Below are positions 7,907 through 14,857 of a DNA stretch of 25,275 nucleotides, piece by piece (position 1 is the first letter of the stretch; every line of letters starts with the position of its first letter). Below the pieces are notes generated by a model. That model worked only from the letters and a program-made list of their open reading frames with translations. It did no database searches and was not told where the DNA came from. The stretch is from an archaeon. GTDB lineage: Archaea; Thermoproteota; Nitrososphaeria_A; Caldarchaeales; Wolframiiraptoraceae. Made by a program: the position numbers and the translations under genes. The stretch spans positions 1 to 25,275 of the forward strand of contig JAPDJZ010000160.1 of the NCBI GenBank assembly GCA_029258815.1, given 5' to 3'.

Positions 7907-9070
7907 TTACTCACGGTCTATGTAGCGGGAGGAGAGGGACGCCGGGATGAGGCCGAGGGCGGGGAAGACGCAGATTAGGGCCAGGGCGTATGATAGGCTC
8001 GTGTGAGCTAGGAGGAGGGCGACGGCCGAGGAGCCTAGGAGGGAGCCGGCGTCGAAGGCGGTTAGATGGAGGGAGTTTCCGAGAACCCTGTGCCTCTCGG
8101 GCGTGGCCTGGGCGACGGCCGAGGCGGTTAGCGGGAAGACGAGGCCGTGGGCGAGGCCCGCTAAAGCTAGGCCTAGGCCGAAGAGGGGGAGGCTTCCGCT
8201 TAGCCCGACTAGGAGGACGCTTAGGAGGGAGGAGAGGAGGGCGGCTTTCATGAGGCTTCCCAGCCCGAGCCTCGCCAGTAGAGGCGACTTGAGCAGGGTC
8301 ATCCTAGCGGCGAAGGCGGTTACGTAGTAGAGGAGGAAGAGGAGTATTACGAGCTGGTCCTCGAGCCCGAAGGAGAGCTTGGCTCTGAGCGGGCCGTAGG
8401 CGGCTATGGCGCCGGCCGCGAGGGAGAAGGAGAGGTAGATTGAGGCGAGGAGCATGTTCGGGGCCTTGAGAACGGGCTTGATGCTCTGCCGCTCGACCTC
8501 GAGCCTCCAAGCCTCCCCAGCCCTCCTAAGCTCCTCTAGGAGAAGGGCTACGCCGGCTATCGGCATCGCCGCGATGAGGGCCGTGGCTAGGAGGACCGTT
8601 CTAAGCTCCGCGACGCCCCGGAGGAAGACGCCGATCAGGGGGCCGAGCCAGAAGCCCAGGGCGAGGGAGGCGGTGTAGCCCGTTACGGATTTCTCGAGCT
8701 CGCGCGGGTCGGCTAGAAGCTCGACCGCCGTTAGGAAGAGGACGTGGTTTACGGCCGTGGCGACCCCGTGGATCGCCCGGAAGAGGGAGAAGGAGCTCGG
8801 ATCCCAGCTGAGGCCGTAGCCCGCTATCGACGCCGCGTTAAGCCCGAGGCCGAGTAAGAGTATTTGCAGGATGTTCCTCCTAACGAGCATGGAGCAGGGT
8901 ATCCTCAGGAAGGCCGAGACTAGGAAGGCGAGGGGGATTATCAAGCCGACCTCCTGCTCCGAGGCCCCGAGATCCCGGTAGAGGTAGATGGGGAGGATCG
9001 GGTTAAGGAGGAAGATCGTGCTTATGAAGACGAGGGCCGCGAAGTTGAGGAGCATGAGCCTCGAAACCAA
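7907..9070 (-). CDS. Major facilitator superfamily transporter (start TTG 9070 or ATG 9055)
   Basis: About 12 hydrophobic segments, P.LP.Y..DLGAS start, GLVFP..A..VA..TP..RVLGNS MFS pattern. Confidence 0.85.
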   Translation of the reverse strand: MVSRLMLLNFAALVFISTIFLLNPILPIYLYRDLGASEQEVGLIIPLAFLVSAFLRIPCSMLVRRNILQILLLGLGLNAASIAGYGLSWDPSSFSLFRAIHGVATAVNHVLFLTAVELLADPRELEKSVTGYTASLALGFWLGPLIGVFLRGVAELRTVLLATALIAAMPIAGVALLLEELRRAGEAWRLEVERQSIKPVLKAPNMLLASIYLSFSLAAGAIAAYGPLRAKLSFGLEDQLVILLFLLYYVTAFAARMTLLKSPLLARLGLGSLMKAALLSSLLSVLLVGLSGSLPLFGLGLALAGLAHGLVFPLTASAVAQATPERHRVLGNSLHLTAFDAGSLLGSSAVALLLAHTSLSYALALICVFPALGLIPASLSSRYIDRE

Positions 9071-9271
9071 GGAACCGGAGCACCCCTCTAAAGCAGCCGC
9101 GAGCGAAACCCATCCAGAATCACCGAGATATTAGGATGAAGGCGGAGGGCTTTCCGAGCCAGGGGGAGCCGGAAACGCCCCCTCCACGACCAAGGCTACT
9201 TCAAGCCAGATTTCAAGCACGGAAGAAAAATAAGTTTCATAGGAGCAAGCACCCCCGCGGTCTAAAAACTC

Positions 9272-9300
9272 GAAAAAGCTTATATGACCATGAAAGTCAT
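9272..9300 (+). promoter_or_regulatory. Strong BRE/TATA followed by palindrome ATGAC-N7-GTCAT
   Basis: GAAAAAGCTTATAT at 9272-9285; inverted repeat 9284-9288/9296-9300. Confidence 0.5.
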
Positions 9301-9309
9301 CTTATGATT

Positions 9310-9412
9310 GGGCTGGTGGGGCTTCCCCGGGGGCTCCGTCGGTCCACCACTCATCACGGATCAGATGCGCTCGGAGATTCTTCACGGCCCTCCTTTAGGG
9401 CCTCACCAGCCC
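9310..9412 (-). ncRNA. Box C/D guide sRNA enclosed in a canonical bulge-helix-bulge motif (predicted 72-nt circular product 9323-9394)
   Basis: Minus strand: GGGCTGGTGAGG-CCCT-AAA-GGAGGGC-c-GTGAAGA(C)-14nt-CTGA(D')-TCC-GTGATGA(C')-12nt-CGGA(D)-GCCCCC-GGGG-AAG-CCCCACCAGCCC. Confidence 0.8.
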
Positions 9413-9500
9413 TGATCTAAACTAAAATCGGAGCGTATTCTTGCTTTTTCAAAATTTCGACTCAAAAATTTTAGGTAATTTTATTTAGCCGTTTTAGAGC

Positions 9501-9968
9501 TTATGGTAACCAATCTATTTCGTCTTCATTTACTATCCTGAATCGCTTGCCGTCGAAGACTATACAGGCAATCTCGTGATCCGTAGCATAGGCTAATGCA
9601 TCTTGATCGAAGCCCGATGTAGCCGCTATCGCTAAGTGATCGAAATAGAATTCCTCTCTTCCTTCTTTACAAGCATCTTCAATATCCTTAGCAGATTCAA
9701 TAAGCTTGAAAATATGGTTTCGCTTCACACTACTCTTCATGTCTTTACATTCAATCCATAGATCATGCTCCTCCTTAAAGAGAAGGCCAGACTTCCAATA
9801 TACGTGAACATCGATCTCATAAGGTCTCTTAACCCGGAGGCCATTCATCAAAATATTCGTCTCAACTTTCTCAGCATCAAAATATCTCTTAGCCCATCTA
9901 GCAACCCTCTTCTCAAACTTATGCCCTCTCTTCTGAGCCGCCCGAGCCCTAGACCGAGAAACCGGCAT
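9501..9968 (-). CDS. PD-(D/E)xK restriction-endonuclease-like protein (Mrr catalytic-like)
   Basis: G.KFE..V, EIDV, IECK, ATSGFDQDA motifs; visibly AT-richer than flanking genes. Confidence 0.78.
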   Translation of the reverse strand: MPVSRSRARAAQKRGHKFEKRVARWAKRYFDAEKVETNILMNGLRVKRPYEIDVHVYWKSGLLFKEEHDLWIECKDMKSSVKRNHIFKLIESAKDIEDACKEGREEFYFDHLAIAATSGFDQDALAYATDHEIACIVFDGKRFRIVNEDEIDWLP

Positions 9969-10094
9969 ACCACCAAACTAAAGGCTCACACAAAGATATT
10001 CTTTTTCATAAGGCGTTACACGGCGCGCCGCCAATCAGACTACATAAAAAACCTATCCGAGGCCACGAGCAAAGAGCTCAATAAGCCTATACGA

Positions 10095-10125
10095 GAAGGA
10101 GTGGAAAAAAGGGAGAGAGGAGGGA
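10095..10125 (-). terminator. Pyrimidine/oligo-T tract after tRNA-Tyr
   Basis: Minus strand TCCCTCCTCTCTCCCTTTTTTCC, T6 at 10105-10110. Confidence 0.5.
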
Positions 10126-10150
10126 ACACCCCCACCATCATATTTAAATG

Positions 10151-10275
10151 TCCCGCGGGGGTGATTTGAACACCCGACCATCCGGTTTCTGTCCGCCTGG
10201 TAGGCTGAGGCCCGCGCCTCCCCTTTCCCGGGCGCGGCTACAGCCGGACGCTCTACCAGGCTGAGCTACCGCGGG
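10151..10275 (-). tRNA. tRNA-Tyr(GTA) with 51-nt intron at 37/38 (10187-10237)
   Basis: CCCGCGG/CCGCGGG-A acceptor (C1:G72, A73), TCCGG-CTGTAG|A-CCGGA anticodon arm, GGGTG-TTCAAAT-CACCC T arm; central splice helix CTGT/ACAG. Confidence 0.95.
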
Positions 10276-10305
10276 GGTCGTTTCCTTACTTGTCTTGGGG
10301 TCTAA

Positions 10306-10720
10306 TTAACTCTTTCCGGGTTTTTTGGGGGTTGTTAGGGTTTTTGCGAGCTTTTCGACTTCTTTTCTGAGTTCTTGGCTTAGTTTTAGGAGTTCTTTTA
10401 GCCGGCTTATCTCCTCCGAGAGCTTTTCAAGGTTTTTTCGGGGGGGCTAGGGACTCCAGCTCCTCCGGCTCGGGCTTCTCCGCTTCCCCGGGCTTTTCTC
10501 GGGCTGGCTTCGGCTCCTCCTGCCCCACCTCGGCCTCCCCCTCCTCCGGCTTCGGGGCTTCGAGGGGTATCGGCTCGAGCTCCTCAGCCGGGTGGGGTTG
10601 CTCGGGCTGGATCTCCCCGGGGGCGGCCGCGCGGGGCTTTTTCTCGAGCACCTTGGCTAGGGCGTATTGGGTTGCCAGGATCACTATGGAGATTAGGAGC
10701 CATGTCGCGGGATCCATCAC
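10306..10720 (-). pseudogene. Membrane-anchored Pro/Glu-rich plus coiled-coil protein, frameshifted in a C7-G-A6 tract
   Basis: ORF 10427-10720 stops just after CCCCCCCGAAAAAA; deleting one base continues it as ..NLEKLSEEISRLKELLKLSQELRKEVEKLAKTL..GKS* to 10306. Confidence 0.65.
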
Positions 10721-10895
10721 AGCTCGCCCACCATGCTCGAGATGCTTTCGGTTAGCCTGCTCGTTAGCTGGATGATCTCGAGGGACGCGTGGTAGGCTAG
10801 GAGGTGGGCTACGCCGGGTATCGTTAGGAGGGCTCCGAGGCCGTATGCGAAGGTGAAGGAGAGGTCTCCGCGGAGCCTGTAGTATGCTAGGGACC
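10717..10895 (-). pseudogene. 3' fragment of a membrane-protein gene, putative ArlJ/FlaJ (TadC-like) C-terminus
   Basis: SLAYYRLRGDLSFTFAYGLGALLTIPGVAHLLAYHASLEIIQLTSRLTESISSMVGEL*; no own start; stop overlaps next start; family by resemblance and context only. Confidence 0.45.
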
Positions 10896-11112
10896 CCCTA
10901 CGTCCACATCGGGAGATGGGGATAACCTGCTCGAATTCGGCGAGCTCTGGAAGATCGTGGTCGACGTGGAGAACATCTACGGCGGAATCGATAGCGTGGA
11001 GCTTCAGCCGAACGACGCCTTCAAGATCGAGATAAAGCCGTCCGTCGGATCCATCCTGAAGGTCGAGAGAACCGTCCCGCCCTCCATCGACCCGGTGATG
11101 GACCTAGGCTAA
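10891..11112 (+). pseudogene. 3' fragment of an archaellin (ArlB/FlaB) gene
   Basis: GDGDNLLEFGE..LQPNDAFKIEIKPSVGSILKVERTVPPSIDPVMDLG* is the typical archaellin C-terminus; in-frame stop at 10888-10890; no prepilin N-terminus. Confidence 0.78.
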
Positions 11113-11148
11113 GCATCCGGCCCCGCGGGACCTCCCTTCCACCCCCAC

Positions 11149-11165
11149 TTTTTTATGCTTAAATA
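11149..11165 (+). promoter_or_regulatory. Oligo-T tract after the archaellin fragment and TATA of dnaG
   Basis: T6 at 11149-11154; TTAAATA at 11159-11165. Confidence 0.45.
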
Positions 11166-11227
11166 GAGTCTCCGAGAAGCTATCCCTAGACTAAGGGTGG
11201 AGAGCTGAGCAGCAGGAGGCTTACGCT

Positions 11228-12388
11228 TTGAGCATCGGAGCGCCTTCGATAAAATATCTGATAGAGGCTAGGATAGAGGTTAACGGGGTCGTCGATAGGA
11301 ACGACGTGGTCGGGGCTGTCTTCGGCCAGACCGAGGGGCTTTTCAGCAGCGAGTTCGATCTGAGGGAGCTTCAGAAGAGCGGGAGGATAGGGAGGATAGA
11401 GATCTCGGTAAGCGTTCAGGGGAACAAGACCTACGGCAAGATAAAGGTCCCATCGGCCCTAGACAAGTATTCCACGGCCTTGATAGCGGCCATGATCGAG
11501 AGCATAGAGCGCGTCGGACCCTACGCGGCCACCGTTAAGATCGAGAAGATCCACGACCTGAGGGCCGAGAAGCGGAAGAAGATAATCGAGCGGGCTAGGG
11601 CGATCCTCTACGAGTGGGAGAAGAGCAAGATACCCGAGGAAGACGAATTGATGAAGGAGCTCGAGGAATCTCTGGTGAAGGCCAAGATCGTGGAGCTCGG
11701 CCCCGAGAAGATCCCCGCCGGCCCGGACGCGGAGAAGGCCGACGAGCTCATAATAGTCGAGGGGAGGGCCGACGTGATAAACCTGCTCCGCCACGGCTAC
11801 ACGAACGTGATCGCGGTCGAGGGAATCAAGATACCCGAATACGTTAAGGAGCTCGCCGGCCGAAAGCGCAGGGTGATAGCCTTCCTAGACGGAGACCGCG
11901 GAGGAGATATGATACTCTACGAGCTGAGAAACGCTGGGGTTAGGATCGATAGGGTCGCGAGGGCGCCCTACGGGAAGGAGGTCGAGCAGCTCACCGGAAA
12001 GGAGATCCTAGACGCGCTCCATCACGCTATACCGGCGGAGGAGGCCTTCAAGCAGCTAAAGCTTCCGAAGCGCGTCGAGAAGCCCGCCGTCGAGGTTCCC
12101 GAGGAGGTGAAGAAGCGTATCGAGGAGGTTAAGGAGAGGCTCATGGCCGTGATCCTCGACGAGAACCTGACGGAGCTCAGGAGGGTTCCGGTCAGCGAGC
12201 TGGCTCAGGAGCTCGAAAACCTCAGGGACAGCGCGAAGTACGTGGTCTTCGACGGCATAGTTACCCAGAGGCTCGTCGACATACTCTCCGAGAAGGGGGA
12301 TACGGTCTACCTGATAGGGGTTAGGATCGGGGAGATCTCGAAGCCCTCCGAGAACGTTAAGACGCTCACCTTCGACCGGATTCGATAA
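11228..12388 (+). CDS. dnaG: Archaeal DnaG (primase-like, exosome-associated)
   Basis: DVVGAVFGQTEGL, ELQKSGRIGRI, IIVEGRADVINL, DGDRGG TOPRIM motifs; TTG start. Confidence 0.95.
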   Translation: MSIGAPSIKYLIEARIEVNGVVDRNDVVGAVFGQTEGLFSSEFDLRELQKSGRIGRIEISVSVQGNKTYGKIKVPSALDKYSTALIAAMIESIERVGPYAATVKIEKIHDLRAEKRKKIIERARAILYEWEKSKIPEEDELMKELEESLVKAKIVELGPEKIPAGPDAEKADELIIVEGRADVINLLRHGYTNVIAVEGIKIPEYVKELAGRKRRVIAFLDGDRGGDMILYELRNAGVRIDRVARAPYGKEVEQLTGKEILDALHHAIPAEEAFKQLKLPKRVEKPAVEVPEEVKKRIEEVKERLMAVILDENLTELRRVPVSELAQELENLRDSAKYVVFDGIVTQRLVDILSEKGDTVYLIGVRIGEISKPSENVKTLTFDRIR

Positions 12389-13460
12389 TCCTCTTCAGCG
12401 GAAGCCTATATCTCAGGATCGCGACCACGCCGCCCAGCCTCATGACCTTATCCGACGCCTCCAGGCCATCCAAGATCACCTGAAGATCGAGCTTCCCCCG
12501 CTCCGCCGCCTCCAAGAGCTTCTCCAAAGCCTCACTCTCCAAGTTGCTCCATAGGTAGGATTCGGCGACCAAGGCCGTCTCCACCGCTCCGAGCTTCCAA
12601 GCTTCGTAAACCTCCTCGAGCCCTATCGCGACGCGCTCCGGATCCCGGGACATGGCCTCGATGAACCTCTCGACCATGGCGCTATCCCTAAACGGCTTAA
12701 GTTCTCGAAGGAAATCCGGAAGCCTGCCCAGCTTCAGGGCTTCCCTCACCCCGGTCTCCCCGCCCGTCGAGGTATCCAGGCACGCCAGAACCCTCTCCGA
12801 AAGCCCTCCCCCGCGCCTCCTAAGATAGCTCAGGAACTTCTCCGAGAAGATTCGGGGGCCGAGGACTACTATCCCGACGCCCTCCGGAAGCTTCCTCAGC
12901 TCGCCCACCGCCTCCTCGAAGAAGTCCTCTAGATTCTGCTCGCTCCACGAAATCGATTTATCGACCCGGGGGAGGTGCTTCGAGTATAGGACGCTCAGCC
13001 CCCGGTTGGAGAACTCCGCGACCGCGAGCTCCTCGTCGTCCAGCGACACGCACGCGACCCGGATAGGCTTCTCCCGGCGCTTATAGCTCTCGGCGAAGGC
13101 CCTAAGCCTCTCGAAGCCCCTCCTCGACTCCAGCCTAACCTCAACCCCCGGAAGAGCCGTTATCGTATGATGTTTTCCGATCAGGTCTAGCTTTCTGCTT
13201 TCGTAGACTATTCTCCCGGAGAACCTCACCCTGCGCATAAGCGGATCCGCGGCCTTTGCCTCGACCTCGATCCCGAGGACGACCTGAACCCTCTCGCTAT
13301 CGATCTTCCCGCTGGCCCTCTCCTTCTTAAGCTCCCTAGAGGTCTTCGAGTAGAGCACGTCGCCGGGCCTAACGAGCCTGAAGACGTTGATCAGGTCCAG
13401 GCTGTTCTCGGGAACTATTACGATGAGCCTCCTCGCCGAGTCAAGCCGCTTAACGATCAT
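12366..13460 (-). CDS. pelA: Pelota/Dom34 ribosome rescue factor
   Basis: PENSLDL..V..GD, GKHHTI, VAIGLEEV..A..GAVETALV, LGGVVAILRY eRF1-like domains. Confidence 0.88.
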   Translation of the reverse strand: MIVKRLDSARRLIVIVPENSLDLINVFRLVRPGDVLYSKTSRELKKERASGKIDSERVQVVLGIEVEAKAADPLMRRVRFSGRIVYESRKLDLIGKHHTITALPGVEVRLESRRGFERLRAFAESYKRREKPIRVACVSLDDEELAVAEFSNRGLSVLYSKHLPRVDKSISWSEQNLEDFFEEAVGELRKLPEGVGIVVLGPRIFSEKFLSYLRRRGGGLSERVLACLDTSTGGETGVREALKLGRLPDFLRELKPFRDSAMVERFIEAMSRDPERVAIGLEEVYEAWKLGAVETALVAESYLWSNLESEALEKLLEAAERGKLDLQVILDGLEASDKVMRLGGVVAILRYRLPLKRIIESGRR

Positions 13461-13544
13461 CCGGCAACGCGGAAAAGTCGCGAGGCCATAAGATAAACCT
13501 AAGAGCAGGATCTCCCTCCTAGAAGCCCCGGAGCCTCGGGGAGG

Positions 13545-14087
13545 ATGGAGTCGATAGCGGTGGGGATTAGCCTAGCGCTCGACTGCTTCTCGGCGGCCTT
13601 CGGAGCGGGGTGCGGCGGGGACGTCGGACGCGGCCAAGCGCTGATCATGGCCTCATCCTTCGGGCTCTTCCAAGCGGGAATGCTTTCGGCGGGATGGGTT
13701 GGCGGAGCCTTCGCCGCCGAGCTCCTCGAATACAACTCGCTGATAGCCTCCGTCCTGCTGATGCTGGCTGGAGCGCATATGATCGTCGAATCCTTCAAGA
13801 GCGGCCGCGAGCCGTGCTGGAAGCGGTTCACCGCCGCCCTCCTCGCGCTCTCGATAGCCACGAGCATCGACGCCCTAACCGCCGGCCTAAGCCTAAGGTT
13901 CCTCGAGCTAAGCTTACTCCCCGCCGCCGCTTCAGCCGGGTTGGCATCCTTCCTCCTAACCCTGCTCGGGTATAGGCTGGGTCTGGGAATCGGGGCGACC
14001 CTGGGGCGGAGAGCCGGAGCGGTCGGGGGATCCGCGCTAATTCTCCTGGCCTTGAAAATTCTCTTGGAAAGCCTTTCACCAGCGTAG
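13545..14087 (+). CDS. mntP: Manganese efflux pump MntP family (DUF204)
   Basis: ISLALDCFSAA and SIATSIDAL..G motifs, six TM segments. Confidence 0.85.
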   Translation: MESIAVGISLALDCFSAAFGAGCGGDVGRGQALIMASSFGLFQAGMLSAGWVGGAFAAELLEYNSLIASVLLMLAGAHMIVESFKSGREPCWKRFTAALLALSIATSIDALTAGLSLRFLELSLLPAAASAGLASFLLTLLGYRLGLGIGATLGRRAGAVGGSALILLALKILLESLSPA

Positions 14088-14136
14088 GGCGTGGGAAACC
14101 CATAGATAACGCGAGCGACTAGAGCGTATCGGGAGG

Positions 14137-14817
14137 ATGGAGGTTGAATACGACGAGGCCAGGTGGAGGCTCCTCCGAAGCCTTAGAGCTAGGGCGAGGG
14201 AGCTGATGAAGCCTCTGGCGGCTCGCGGCCTGAACCCCATGGTCTACGGAAGCGTCGCGAGGGGGGACGTGGACGAGGAGAGCGACGTCGACGTCTTCAT
14301 ACCGTATCCGGCGAGCACGGCCATGGTCGAGCTTTATCTGGCGGAGGCCGGGATAAGGGCGTCCGAGAGGCTTCTCGTCCAAGCAACCCCGGGCTACGTT
14401 CCGAAGGCATATCTAGTCATCGACGAATATTCCTCCATCTCGCTTCCGCTTCTCAGGATGAGCGAGGAGGAGCTCGGATTCTACACGCTCGCGGGAAGCC
14501 TAACCCTAAGCGGCCTCGAGAGAGATGTTAGGGTCCCCGGGATAAACAAGGAGCTCATGCTGATAATCCCGACCCCGAGGGGCCACGTCGAGATCCCCGT
14601 CGAGAGAAACATCGAGGAGGCCGCGAAGATCCTAGGGGTCGACCCGAGGATCCTGAGAAACCGGGTTAGGGTCCTTCGGAGGCGGAGGGAGGCGGGTAGG
14701 ACGGGGGTTTACCGGGAGCTCGCCGTCCCCGAGGATAAGACCTTCGAGCAGCTTCTCGAGGAGCTCATGGATCGGGATCCGGCTCTAAGAAGGAGAGCTA
14801 GGAGCACGAGGTTCTGA
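14137..14817 (+). CDS. Conserved archaeal nucleotidyltransferase (COG2413-like)
   Basis: VYGSVARGDVDEESDVDVFIP, VPGINKELMLIIPTPRGH, RVRVL.RR..GRTGV. Confidence 0.82.
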   Translation: MEVEYDEARWRLLRSLRARARELMKPLAARGLNPMVYGSVARGDVDEESDVDVFIPYPASTAMVELYLAEAGIRASERLLVQATPGYVPKAYLVIDEYSSISLPLLRMSEEELGFYTLAGSLTLSGLERDVRVPGINKELMLIIPTPRGHVEIPVERNIEEAAKILGVDPRILRNRVRVLRRRREAGRTGVYRELAVPEDKTFEQLLEELMDRDPALRRRARSTRF

Positions 14818-14857
14818 AAAGCTTAAGCCGAGGCACGGCCCTTATCATATCCGGGAT

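Noticed and set aside
9250-9260. CACCCCCGCGG, an 11-nt match to the tRNA-Tyr 3' end, as an att site
   Set aside because: Inverted rather than direct, short and GC-rich; no integrase nearby; could be chance
9339-9350. 16S rRNA GGACCACCA region as the D-guide target
   Set aside because: From recalled archaeal 16S sequence it would give an A:A mismatch exactly at the +5 position and no flanking pairing
9310-9412. Plus-strand reading as 5S rRNA or tRNA-like RNA
   Set aside because: No 5S conserved loops, no T or D arms; C/D boxes and correct BHB polarity occur only on the minus strand
9136-9420. 94-aa plus-strand ORF
   Set aside because: No motif or host codon pattern; antisense to the structured RNA
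9765-10169. 134-aa plus-strand ORF
   Set aside because: Antisense to the nuclease gene and tRNA; no coding signature
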